Origin: Octopus vulgaris | Taxonomy: Eukaryota | DNA: 64,000 nt | Reading direction: 5' to 3' | Assembly: GCA_951406725.2 (NCBI GenBank) | Contig: OX597823.1 | Span: 70,308,001-70,372,000 of the forward strand | Shown here: one piece after another, positions 41,421 through 54,400 of the stretch | How the letters are laid out: every line of letters starts with the position of its first letter | Numbering within the stretch: position 1 is the first letter of the stretch | Notes under the pieces: generated by a model | Databases searched by the model: none | Seen by the model: the letters and a program-made list of their open reading frames with translations, nothing else | What the model was told of the DNA's origin: nothing | Position numbers and translations under genes: made by a program

Positions 41421-41689
41421 TATTATATTTCAGATAAATTCCTCTATTTACATAATATGGAGGTCTCATTCATTCTTTTGTTCTCATACTATTACTACTA
41501 ATATATATGTATCAACCATGCTAGCATGGAAAGCAGGCGTTAAATGACGATGATGATATATGTATATGTATAGAGATTTATATATATATCTATATATATA
41601 TATAGATTTATATATTTTTTTAATATCTAGTTTCAGCTCACATGCTGGGGCACTGCCATTTGGTGTTGCTACATAATTCACAAATGCTT

Positions 41690-42365
41690 TTTAGGAAGTG
41701 ATATTTGGTGCATGAGGGAGTTTGATGCAGCTGCTCTCATCTGCACTTCCAGCCACGAAGTTGGTTCATCTGGGACAGTTGACAGTAAGAGGTCCAGCTT
41801 TATTTTGAAGACACCTACATCCACCTCATGCAGGTCTCTCAGGTCCTTTGGGAGGATATTGAAGGGATGTGGACCTCTGAAGCCCAGGTTATTGCTGTAT
41901 CTTGTTCTACATCTTGATGGCAAATTTGGAGTCCTTGGCACTATCCAGTGGTGCCCAGTTCTAGTATTTGTGTAACTCTTGATGCCAAAGTTTGGGACAA
42001 GTCCTTCCAGGATCTTCCAGATGTATATTATGACATATCTTTCTCGCCTACACTCTAAGAAATAGTCTTAATCTCTTGAGTCTTTCCCAGAAGCTTATAT
42101 GCTGCATAGAGGCTATCTTCTTTGTGTAGCTTTGTTGGATTGCCTCAAGTTCTGAGATTAATTTGACACTGGTTGGTGACCATAGCTGAGAGCAATAGTC
42201 AAAGTGGCTTAGGACAAGTGTCCTCCAGAGGACCATCATGGTTTCCTGGTCTCTTGTTCTAAAAGCTCTGAGAATCCATCTGGTCAGCCACCTGCACTTC
42301 ATTGCCAATTTAGCAACATGCACATGGAAGGATGCATCATTACTCATGTAAATGCCCAGGTCTTG
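41690..42365 (-). mobile_element. CR1/L2-group LINE 3' fragment
   Basis: DLGIYMSNDASF, LSHFDYCSQLWSP and FNILPKDLRDL; homologous to 1-420. Confidence 0.88.
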
Positions 42366-42498
42366 CACAAATACTAGAACTGGGTGCCACTGCATAGTGC
42401 CAAGGACTCCAAATTCGCCATCAAGATATAGGACAAGTCCTTTGCTGGCAATAAAAAAATGCCAACTTTTAAAAAACCGAAAATTATCCAAAAACTTA

Positions 42499-43000
42499 TA
42501 TTTAATCATATCAAAGGGAAATGGAAATTAATAGAAATTTTCATTTCTAGTGGCCTAGTGTGTAAAAATTTAGTCCAAAGACTGTGTATGCGCAGTAGAT
42601 TTTTGAAAAAATTAGGATGTATAAACAAGAGGCACATAATTGATCGCCTTGTGTTTATATATTTAATCTAAGGTGTCCTTGTTGAAAACGATTTCACCTT
42701 GCAAGTAAAAGTAATTTACTTGCTAAACTAAAATCAGAAACCAATTGGTCCAGGAAATTAGATAGTAAAATGTTTTTATTTTTTCATTTCGTTCATGTCG
42801 CATTTTATCCCCAATTTTGTGGTTATAGAACCTAGCTGTTCTTTCTAGCGTGTTGAAACCCATGAGTGGATTCCTCGTGTGTTTAAATTTACACTGTATT
42901 TTATGAGTAATACATAGTCTTTGGACTAAATTTTTACACGCTAGGCCACTGAAGGTGAATACTTCTATTAGTTTCCATTTCCCTTCGATATGATTAAATA
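42499..43000. repeat. 502 bp element with about 90 bp imperfect terminal inverted repeats
   Basis: 42499-42589 is the reverse complement of 42910-43000 (gtggcctagtgtgtaaaaatttagtccaaagact versus agtctttggactaaatttttacacgctaggccac). Confidence 0.8.
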
Positions 43001-43023
43001 CGTATATATATATATATATATAT

Positions 43024-45621
43024 AAACAAGTCAAATTGCAATAAAATAAAATTAATTATTATCGCTGGTATTTCTAGCACGAGCCATATATTATTCATAT
43101 ATCAGTACATTAAGGCGAAATATGTGCTAGAAACACAGAAGCTAGATAAATTTAGTGAAATGAAAATAAAAACATTTACTAACTCGGTTCCTCTTAGACT
43201 GCAGTTTCGTTCTTTTCAGCAATAAAGATAATTTATTTGCTCAGGGAGAATTCATCAGTAAGAGCCCTGTTGTTCTGAGATCCTAACTCACTAGAAGCAT
43301 GTGCTTCTAATGATTTGCTCTCTCTAACTAATCAGATCACTGCGCAGACTCAGAACGTCCCGACAAAACTAGGGATTTCTGGTATATTGTCTAACGCTCA
43401 AGTCAAATTGCGATAAAATAAAATTAATTATTATCGCTGGTATTTCTAGCACGAGCCATATATTATTCATATATCAGTACATTAAGGCGAAATATGTGCT
43501 AGAAACACAGAAGCTAGATAAATTTAGTGGAATGAAAATAAAAACATTTACTAACTCGGTTCCTCTTAGACTGCAGATTCGTTCTTTTCAGCAATAAAGA
43601 TAATTTATTTGCTCAGGGAGAATTCATCGGTAAGAGCCCTGTTGTTCTGAGATCCTAACTCACTAGAAGCATGTGCTTCTAATGATTTGCTCTCTCTAAC
43701 TAATCAGATCACTGCGCAGACTCAGAACGTCCCGACAAAACTAGGGATTTCTGGTATATTGTCTAACGCTCAAAATTTATTGAGAAATATGTAAACAAGT
43801 CAAATTGCGATAAAATAAAATTAATTATTATCGCTGGTATTTCTAGCACGAGCCATATATTATTCATATATCAGTACATTAAGGCGAAATATGTGCTAGA
43901 AACACAGAAGCTAGATAAATTTAGTGAAATGAAAATAAAAACATTTACTAACTCGGTTCCTCTTAGACTGCAGATTCGTTCTTTTCAGCAATAAAGATAA
44001 TTTATTTGCTCAGGGAGAATTCATCGGTAAGAGCCCTGTTGTTCTGAGATCCTAACTCACTAGAAGCATGTGCTTCTAATGATTTGCTCTCTCTAACTAA
44101 TCAGATCACTGCGCAGACTCAGAACGTCCCGACAAAACTAGGGATTTCTGGTATATTGTCTAACGCTCAAAATTTATCGAGAAATATGTAAACAAGTCAA
44201 ATTGCGATAAAATAAAATTAATTATTATCGCTGGTATTTCTAGCACGAGCCATATATTATTCATATATCAGTACATTGAGGCGAAATATGTGCTAGAAAC
44301 ACAGAAGCTAGATAAATTTAGTGAAATGAAAATAAAAACATTTACTAACTCGGTTCCTCTTAGACTGCAGTTTCGTTCTTTTCAGCAATAAATATAATTT
44401 ATTTGCTCAGGGAGAATTCATCGGTAAGAGCCCTGTTGTTCTGAGATCCTAACTCACTAGAAGCATGTGCTTCTAATGATTTGCTCTCTAACTAATCAGA
44501 TCACTGCGCAGACTCAGAATGTCCCGACAAAACTAGGGATTTCTGGTATATTGTCTAACGCTCAAAATTTATCGAGAAATATGTAAACAAGTCAAATTGC
44601 GATAAAATAAAATAAATTAATATCGCTGGTATTTCTAGCACGAGCCATATATTATTCATATATCAGTACATTAAGGCGAAATATGTGCTAGAAACACAGA
44701 AGCTAGATAAATTTAGTGAAATGAAAATAAAAACATTTACTCACTCGGTTCCTCTTAGACTACAGTTTCGTTCTTTTCAGCAATAAAGATAATTTATTTG
44801 CTCAGGGAGAATTCATCGGTAAGAGCCCTGTTGTTCTGAGATCCTAACTCACTAGAAGCATGTGCTTCTAATGATTTGCTCTCTCTAACTAATCAGATCA
44901 CTGCGCAGACTCAGAACGTCCCGACAAAACTAGGGATTTCTGGTATATTGTCTAACGCTCAAAATTTATCGAGAAATATGTAAACAAGTCAAATTGCGAT
45001 AAAATAAAATTAATTATTATCGCTGGTATTTCTAGCATGAGCCATATATTATCCATATTCAGTACATTAAGGCGAAATATGTGCTAGAAACACAGAAGCT
45101 AGATAAATTTAGTGGAATGAAAATAAAAACATTTACTAACTCGGTTCCTCTTAGACTGCAGTTTCGTTCTTTTCAGCAATAAAGATAATTTATTTGCTCA
45201 GGGAGAATTCATCGGTAAGAGCCCTGTTGTTCTGAGATCCTAACTCACTAGAAGCATGTGCTTCTAATGATTTGCTCTCTCTAACTAATCAGATCACTGC
45301 GCAGACTCAGAACGTCCCGACAAAACTAGGGATTTCTGGTATATTGTCTAACGCTCAAAATTTATCGAGAAATATGTAAACAAGTCAAATTGCGATAAAA
45401 TAAAATTAATTATTATCGCTGGTATTTCTAGCACGAGCCATATATTATTCATATATCAGTACATTAAGGCGAAATATGTGCTAGAAACACAGAAGCTAGA
45501 TAAATTTAGTGAAATGAAAATAAAAACATTTACTAACTCGGTTCCTCTTAGACTGCAGTTTCGTTCTTTTCAGCAATAAAGATAATTTATTTGCTCAGGG
45601 AGAATTCATCGGTAAGAGCCC
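43024..45621 (-). repeat. Tandem array of about 397 bp units (6.6 copies), one hammerhead motif per unit; retrozyme-like
   Basis: Unit starts (aagtcaaattgc) at 43028, 43400, 43797, 44194, 44589, 44986 and 45382. Units are near-identical and flanked on both sides by (TA)n. Confidence 0.95.
43191..43264 (-). ncRNA. Type-I hammerhead ribozyme (unit 1 of the 397 bp array)
   Basis: Minus strand reads CTCTTA-CTGATGA-aTTCT...AGAAc-GAAA-CTGCAG-TC-TAAGAG. Stem I is a perfect 6 bp and the triplet is GUC. Predicted cut between 43197 and 43196. Confidence 0.8.
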
Positions 45622-45759
45622 GATATATATATATATATATATATGTATGTATATGTATATATGTAATATATATATATATATATTTTTTTTTCTTTGTAGT
45701 TTCAGCTCAGAGCTGTGGCCATGCTGGAGCACCACAGTTTTGTGACACTGTTATTACTG

Positions 45760-47560
45760 AGAGCCTCTAATATGTGGCACTTGGTGAAGAATGGAGTTTG
45801 ATGTAGCTACCCTCATTTGCACCTATTGCCGTGAGGTAGACTCATCTAGGACTTTTGACAGGAAGAGGTCCAGCCTTGATTTTAAAATGCCTACATCTAC
45901 TTTATGCAGGTTCCTCAAGCTCTTTGGAAGAATATTAAAAAGCTGTGTGCTCCTGAAACTCTGGCTGTTGCAGTAACTGGTCCTGAAGTGCGATGGCATT
46001 GCCGGGATCTTTGGCACTGTGCAGTGTCAACCCGTTCTGGCATTGGTGTAACTTTCAATGCCAAAATTTGGCACAGTTCTTTCCAGGATCTTTCAGATGT
46101 TTATTACTGCATACCTCTACTATCTTCGCTCCAGAGAGTAGAGTCTTAGCAGTTTCAGCCTTTCCCAGTAGCTGAGCTGTTGCAAAGAGACGATCATCTT
46201 TGTGAAGCTTCACTGGATTGCTTCAAGGTCCGCTGTTAATTTTACATTGTTGGGTGATCATAGCTGGGTGCAGTAATCCAGGTGGCTGAGGACGAATATT
46301 CTCCATAGGACCATCATGGTTTCCTTATCTCTGGTTCTGAATGTTCTCAGGATCCATCCATCCAGTTGTCTGCACTTTGTCGCCATCCTGGTAATGTGCA
46401 CTTGGAAAGAGGTATCATCACTCATGTCGAAACCCGGGTCCCTCACTGATTAACACTCTGGAATTGAAATTCCCTGTGGATCAGTGTACCCTGTAAGTTT
46501 CATATTCAGTTTTGGGTACTGGTAGTGCATGGCTTGGAATTTTTGAGCATTAAACTGCATATTATTATCCTCAGCCCATCTGTAAATTGAATCCAATTCC
46601 TGCTGCAGATGTGCAACATAGATGAGATTCTGTATTTTCTGCAAGACTTTCATATTGTCTGTGTAGCAAGCAAGGGTGGCTATCTGGGCAGTTGAGGGCA
46701 TATCTGAGAGGGCCGCTATGAAAAGCAGTGGTCCCAAGACAGTGCCCTGTGGAACACCGCTCACTATTTGTATTTTCATTGAGGTGGCTCCATTGGCCAC
46801 TACTGCCTGACTTCTATCTTTCAGAAAGTCATGTAACCACTCTCCAAGTTTTCCAGCTATGCCGAGATCATGCAGTTTGTGGCATATCATACCATGATCT
46901 ACTTTATCAAAAGCTTTTGCAAAGTCAAGGTATATTATGAGCACATTTGAGTTTTTTAGTAACTGCCTGAACACCCAGTCATAATGTTGCAAGAGCTGGA
47001 TCAGGCAGCTCCTACCTGGTCAAAAGCCATGCTGGGTCTCACTCAGCAAGTTATTTTCTTCAAGGAATGCGATTAGTTTCCCTCTGGTCAGAGAGATAGG
47101 CCTATATGTTTTGGCATCTGCTCTGCTTCCCCCTTTATGGATTGGGCATATTAATCCCTCCTTCAGCTTCCTTGGTAGCTTGCCATTTGCAAGAAAGCTC
47201 TGGAAGAGAATCTGGATGGGTTTTGCCAGGGCACACACGATTTGAGGAGGATTGCTAGGAAACCATCAGGACCAGCACTTGAGTTTGCGTCCACCTCATC
47301 TATGGCTAGTAGTACATTTTCTTCACTAATGTCGATGTATTCCATCATAACTACCCTGCTGGTTATAGGTGAGGTGGCAAAGAAATCCACTGGTTTGTTC
47401 ACTTGTCTGCATTCCAATGGGGTGGTAAAGACACTTTTGAACTGGTCATTCAGTACCTCACTGATCCTGGTTGGACTATCTGTGAGGGAGCCTTTCTTTT
47501 GGAAGAGGGCTCCTATCTTGCAGTGTACTGAGACTGTTTCTTTCGCTTAATAAAAGAAGG
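45760..47560 (-). mobile_element. CR1/L2-group LINE, decayed RT
   Basis: SSAGPDG, YRPISLT, YLDFAKAFDKVDH, GVPQGTVLGP and LSHLDYCTQL. Confidence 0.9.
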
Positions 47561-47573
47561 CATTTGGGTTTGA

Positions 47574-47614
<41 letters not shown>

Positions 47615-47629
47615 ATGTATGTATGTATG

Positions 47630-47674
<45 letters not shown>

Positions 47675-47705
47675 ATATTATATACATATAATATGTAAAA
47701 TATAT

Positions 47706-48015
47706 ATGTGCCGGTGGCATGTAAAAAACAACATTCGAATGTGGTCATTGCCAATGCCACCGAATTGGCTCCCATGCAGGTAGCACGTAAAAACACCTTT
47801 GAGCATGGACTTTGCCAGGACCGCCTGACTGGCCCTCATGCCGGTGGCATGTAAAAACACCAACTACCCTCTCGGAGTAGTTGGTGTTAGGAAAGGCATC
47901 CAGCTGTAGAAACTTTGCCAGATCAGATTGAGCCTGATGCAGCCTCTGGCTCACCAGTCCTCAGTCAAACTGTCCAACCCATACCAGCATGGAAAAAAGA
48001 CGTTAAATGATGATG
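47706..48015 (+). mobile_element. SINE (catcatc-ended family)
   Basis: ggtgttaggaaaggcatccagctgtagaaac...gacgttaaatgatgatga; second partial copy at 48340-48495. Confidence 0.75.
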
Positions 48016-48574
48016 AATATATATATATATATATATATATAAGGAAAAATAAGTTCAAAAATGAACAATTCAAACTTTTTGAGAGGTCCAAAAAGAGAGA
48101 AAGAATGATTTCTAATAAAGATTCATCATATTCATCATATTCAAAACAGTCGGAGCAAGTAATAAGAATATGAAAATAGTAGTTGAAAAATATCGTTATA
48201 GGCATAAATATACCATAAACAATTATAGAAAAATGGAGGAGAAAAAGGTGTTGCATCAGAATTAGATTTAATACAAAATAGGATTCAATACATATGCGCA
48301 TTTCAAAGGACAATGCAAATATCTAAGAAAAAATTATAACCATACACTCTCAGAGTGGTTGGCATCAGGAAGGGCATCCAGCTGTAGAAACTCTCCCAGA
48401 CCAGATTGGAGCCTGGTGCAGCCACTGGCTCTCCAGACCTCAGTCAAACTGTCCAACCCATGCTAGCATAGAAAACGGACGTTAAACGATGATGATACAC
48501 ATATAAATACATATAACGAGAATAAGAAAACCCATTTTATACAATTCGATATATGTAACTATTACCAGTCTATT

Positions 48575-51232
48575 ACGGAGGATCTACTGGTGAAAGTAAT
48601 TGTTTGCCGAGAAATTTGTGGCTATAACCCCTTTAGAAAAATACATTATTTTCACAGCTAGGACAACCTTAATTTCTTTTAAAAACAAACTCTGGACCCG
48701 TAATGATATTGACGAAAATTTCAACGTTACTATGGGTTCCTCTGATTCAGCCCAGATCATGGTCCTGGTGGGCCTGTTCCTCCTTTCAAAAATTAAGGAG
48801 GAATTCCTAAACATCAGGGGAGGTTTGTATAGGGACGATGCTCTATTTGCTATTTCAGGTTGTACATTACCAACAATCTATAGAATGGAGAAAAACTTAA
48901 ATTTTTTAAGGTATATAATTTGGAGATCTTGTCTGAAAATACCACTAAAACTGTTAACTTTCTAGATGTAACATTAAATTTGGATAATAGGTTATTTTAT
49001 CCCTATTATAAGCCAGATAAAAACCATCCAATATATCCACACATTATCTAACCATCCCCAAAGTATCATCAACGGAGTGATTAGGGGAATTTCGATTAAA
49101 TGATCTAACTTGTCAGCAAACCAAATAGTTTCTAATAATGTCACACTGTTTTTAACACAGCTTTGAGGAATAGTGGTTTTAGTGAGGATATATATATCCT
49201 ATTCAAATACTGATTAGGTAAATGTTTTCCAAACCTAGCTGAATCCAATATTGATATCTCATTTGTAAATAACCATTGGGAGATTTTCTAGGTATCCTAG
49301 CATGTATAATAATAATAATGATAATAATAATAACAAAAAGCAGCAAACTGGAAGTAAGACTGAGAAAACGGGAAATTATATGGTTTAACCCCTACCACTT
49401 TTTCCCTGTAGGTTAAAAATCTCCCTAAGATGTTTTTTTAATATCATCAATAAGAATTTCCCTGTGGGCCATAAACACCGTTCTATCTTTAATAAATCCT
49501 GTCTAAAACTTGCATACTCATCTATGCCTAATTTAGGATCGATAATCACATGGAACAATAGATTCAAGCTTGGGAATAATGGGAATAAGGGTAGCCCCAA
49601 TACGAGTAGGATTAATAACAGATAAAGAACGCACAGGGATGAGCAACTGAAATAAAGCCTGCAATTGTCAGAACTGCAATTTATGTCCATTAGAGGCTTC
49701 CTGTCTAAGGAAAAATGTCATATACAAGACTGAGGTCATAATTGCCCATCAACCTAGGAAAGTATACATAGGAACTACCACAGATTTCAAAACAAGATAT
49801 AGAGAAAACATCAGCTCTTTCTTGAACCCAGGAACAAAAAATGCCACTGCGCTGGCTACATATATTAACAAACTAAAAATGCAAGATAAGGAATTTAGAT
49901 TAGACTAGTTGATCATAACGGAAACCACCCCATATAAAAAGTATACTGGAAAGAGTAAGTTATGTACGAAGGAAGCAATAGGTATACTTCATACAGACAA
50001 GAAAATTTTAATTAATAAAATATCAGACCGTATAATTGCATGTAGGCATAAATATTTAGCTACGTTTAAGTTTTTTAAAAAGTAGAAAGGATAGAATCTG
50101 ATCTTATGAACTTTGACTTACCTTAAGAAAATAATAATTTCTTCCACTTTGGCTAGATTTGATCAACCTAAAAGTTTAAGGGTAAATTTTTTATACATCT
50201 TAGTAATTCACAGGCTTAGTGTCACATTCAAACCTATTAACCTTATATATATATATAAGTTGTAAGTTAACGATCATTGTAAATTGTAAATCACAAATAT
50301 CAGTGAATTTTTAGACTGTTCCCACTAACATTTTGCATATATGGATTCCCCTTACTTTAATTGTTTACCATTTTTAATTATCAGCAATCCGACTATCTTA
50401 TATAGTTAACCAGGTTTAACCCAAATTTGAATCCTCATTTTATTTTATTTCTACAAATATTTTAAATTTCATTTTCATTTGCACAAATGTTTTACTTCAC
50501 AACTTTTTCCACTTCACAAAGCCTTTCTATATTATTGCAAACTTCTTTTTAAAATACTATAACATTTTTTTACAAAAATATAAGATTACTGAATATGACT
50601 TCAAGTTTTGTAAGTAGGAGATATTTTAAGCTTTCTCAATGTTTAAACTATTTTAATTGATTTATTTGTACCTCTGATGAGAGAAATGCGACTATTTGTT
50701 TCGGCTGGAAAACTCACCCTATACAAACACATTCCTCGAAATGATTGTAAGGTTTTGTAATACTGCTTTTCTTTGGATTGTAATAATCGAGCGCTTGAAA
50801 CCTGACATCTTGATGTATTTTTTTATGTATATTGTATTCCCATGATAATGGAACTTGACCTATAAAATCTGTCATCCGCTTTGATTTTGTTATATTTCAC
50901 TCATATTGAGCACTAACAAGGTGTGTTGCAACAAAGGTTCTCCTCTTGTCTTATTATTCAATATCTGCTCAAACTGAGCACTTCTTGCAGCTTTAACTTA
51001 TGGAGCAACAATTTCCAGGGCTGTTCGCAAAAAATATCCCAATACCAACAAGGGGACTATACATGGATTTATTATTACAAAATAATTAGTGAGTTCATCA
51101 GAAGAATGAGATGGAAAGCATACTTTTACGATGATAAGAAAGGAAGGCTAATTAATAATAATAGAAATTTTAACAACTGCAACTTAAAGACCTATAGATA
51201 TCCACCCCACAACCCCACACTTGAGAACTTTG
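48575..51232 (+). mobile_element. Decayed Penelope-like element (Naiad-type): 5'-truncated RT + GIY-YIG, 3' region with HHR, then start of a tandem copy
   Basis: RT remnants FNVTMGSSDSAQ, GGLYRDD, VNFLDVTLNL, SNHP, IIWFNP and LAYSSMPNL. Endonuclease CNCQNCNLCPLEASCLRKNVIYK...VYIGTT...CRHK, stop at 50085. Downstream N-terminus from ATG 51000: KNIPIP...EFIRRMRWKAYF. Confidence 0.85.
50670..50753 (+). ncRNA. Hammerhead ribozyme in the Penelope pLTR
   Basis: acct-CTGATGA-GAGaaatg...cattcCTC-GAAA-tgattG-TA-aggt; stem I is acct/aggt. Confidence 0.7.
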
Positions 51233-51376
51233 CTCATATTGAGCACTAATTAGATGCACAGCATATATATATATATATATATATATATTTCCTATATATA
51301 TATATATATATTACTGGTGTTAAATTGATGTTAATTAAATTAATATCCAATTTCTCAATATATCCAATATATTAAT

Positions 51377-51421
<45 letters not shown>

Positions 51422-51425
<4 letters not shown>

Positions 51426-54400
51426 CAACAATTGAGGGTAAAATTAATTAATTATTAATCAATTTCACCAAGTGTTCAGTATGCAAAGGGACCATTTAAG
51501 GCGAATTCAAATTATTACATTATATAAAAGGGCTTAGTAAAATAAATTACTTTGCCGCATACTGAACTCATTAGAAATAGCAGCCAAAAAACTTTTTAAA
51601 ACTATTTCTAATACTTAAAGAAAATCTCTCTCATATAGTGTTTGCTTAATTCAACTCACAAAAGTTTGGGGGTAAGGACATCAAAAAATCAAATGCAAAG
51701 GTTATTTGAGAACGTACGTTTCAAGATTAGTCAAAACGACACTTCTATCATCAGCTCAGAAACTCCTTGGTTTGGATTTGGAAACACTGAAAGTAAGAAC
51801 ATACCCTTTCGGCTTCTCATCGCCTTCGAAGATCTGCTCGTAACTAACAGTGCCAACAAACTCAAATAAGCAAGCGAAGAATTTCTGTTCTCCCCTTTCC
51901 ACCAGCGTGGGTTAAAATCATCAAACACTATGCTTATTTCGGTAAAATCCGAAGCATTAATTAGAGGGAGATTAATTATAATTTCAACAATTGAGGGTAA
52001 AATTAATTAATTATTAATCAATTTCATCAAGTGTTCAGTATGCAAAGGGACCATTTAAGGCGAATTCAAATTATTACATTATATAAAAGGGCTTAGTAAA
52101 ATAAATTACTTTGCCGCATACTGAACTCATTAGAAATAGCAGCCAAAAAACTTTTTTAAAACTATTTCTAATACTTAAAGAAAATCTCTCTCATATAGTG
52201 TTTGCTTAATTCAACTCACAAAAGTTTGGGGGTAAGGACATCAAAAAATCAAATGCAAAGGTTATTTGAGAACGTACGTTTCAAGATTAGTCAAAACGAC
52301 ACTTCTATCATCAGCTCAGAAACTCCTTGGTTTGGATTTGGAAACACTGAAAGTAAGAACATACCCTTTCGGCTTCTCATCGCCTTCAAAGATCTGCTCG
52401 TAACTAACAGTGCCAACAAACTCAAATAAGCAAGCGAAGAATTTCTGTTCTCCCCTTTCCACCAGCGTGGGTTAAAATCATCAAACACTATGCTTATTTC
52501 GGTAAAATCCGAAGCATTAATTAGAGGGAGATTAATTATAATTTCAACAATTGAGGGTAAAATTAATTAATTATTAATCAATTTCACCAAGTGTTCAGTA
52601 TGCAAAGGGACCATTTAAGGCGAATTCAAATTATTACATTATATAAAAGGGCTTAGTAAAATAAATTACTTTGCCGCATACTGAACTCATTAGAAATAGC
52701 AGCCAAAAAACTTTTTTAAAACTATTTCTAATACTTAAAGAAAATCTCTCTCATATAGTGTTTGCTTAATTCAACTCACAAAAGTTTGGGGGTAAGGACA
52801 TCAAAAAATCAAATGCAAAGGTTATTTGAGAACGTACGTTTCAAGATTAGTCAAAACGACACTTCTATCATCAGCTCAGAAACTCCTTGGTTTGGATTTG
52901 GAAACACTGAAAGTAAGAACATACCCTTTCGGCTTCTCATCGCCTTCGAAGATCTGCTCGTAACTAACAGTGCCAACAAACTCAAATAAGCAAGCGAAGA
53001 ATTTCTGTTCTCCCCTTTCCACCAGCGTGGGTTAAAATCATCAAACACTATGCTTATTTCGGTAAAATCCGAAGCATTAATTAGAGGGAGATTAATTATA
53101 ATTTCAACAATTGAGGGTAAAATTAATTAATTATTAATCAATTTCATCAAGTGTTCAGTATGCAAAGGGACCATTTAAGGCGAATTCAAATTATTACATT
53201 ATATAAAAGGGCTTAGTAAAATAAATTACTTTGCCGCATACTGAACTCATTAGAAATAGCAGCCAAAAAACTTTTTTAAAACTATTTCTAATACTTAAAG
53301 AAAATCTCTCTCATATAGTGTTTGCTTAATTCAACTCACAAAAGTTTGGGGGTAAGGACATCAAAAAATCAAATGCAAAGGTTATTTGAGAACGTACGTT
53401 TCAAGATTAGTCAAAACGACACTTCTATCATCAGCTCAGAAACTCCTTGGTTTGGATTTGGAAACACTGAAAGTAAGAACATACCCTTTCGGCTTCTCAT
53501 CGCCTTCAAAGATCTGCTCGTAACTAACAGTGCCAACAAACTCAAATAAGCAAGCGAAGAATTTCTGTTCTCCCCTTTCCACCAGCGTGGGTTAAAATCA
53601 TCAAACACTATGCTTATTTCGGTAAAATCCGAAGCATTAATTAGAGGGAGATTAATTATAATTTCAACAATTGAGGGTAAAATTAATTAATTATTAATCA
53701 ATTTCACCAAGTGTTCAGTATGCAAAGGGACCATTTAAGGCGAATTCAAATTATTACATTATATAAAAGGGCTTAGTAAAATAAATTACTTTGCCGCATA
53801 CTGAACTCATTAGAAATAGCAGCCAAAAAACTTTTTTAAAACTATTTCTAATACTTAAAGAAAATCTCTCTCATATAGTGTTTGCTTAATTCAACTCACA
53901 AAAGTTTGGGGGTAAGGACATCAAAAAATCAAATGCAAAGGTTATTTGAGAACGTACGTTTCAAGATTAGTCAAAACGACACTTCTATCATCAGCTCAGA
54001 AACTCCTTGGTTTGGATTTGGAAACACTGAAAGTAAGAACATACCCTTTCGGCTTCTCATCGCCTTCGAAGATCTGCTCGTAACTAACAGTGCCAACAAA
54101 CTCAAATAAGCAAGCGAAGAATTTCTGTTCTCCCCTTTCCACCAGCGTGGGTTAAAATCATCAAACACTATGCTTATTTCGGTAAAATCCGAAGCATTAA
54201 TTAGAGGGAGATTAATTATAATTTCAACAATTGAGGGTAAAATTAATTAATTATTAATCAATTTCACCAAGTGTTCAGTATGCAAAGGGACCATTTAAGG
54301 CGAATTCAAATTATTACATTATATAAAAGGGCTTAGTAAAATAAATTACTTTGCCGCATACTGAACTCATTAGAAATAGCAGCCAAAAAACTTTTTTAAA

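Noticed and set aside
49095-49110. In-frame TGA in the Penelope ORF as possible selenocysteine
   Set aside because: It is not at a Cys position and the element has many other disruptions; likely CGA-to-TGA decay.
51790-51835. Possible second HHR in the 560 bp unit (minus strand gcgatgagaagccgaaagggta)
   Set aside because: Lacks CUGA and has no convincing stems II and III.
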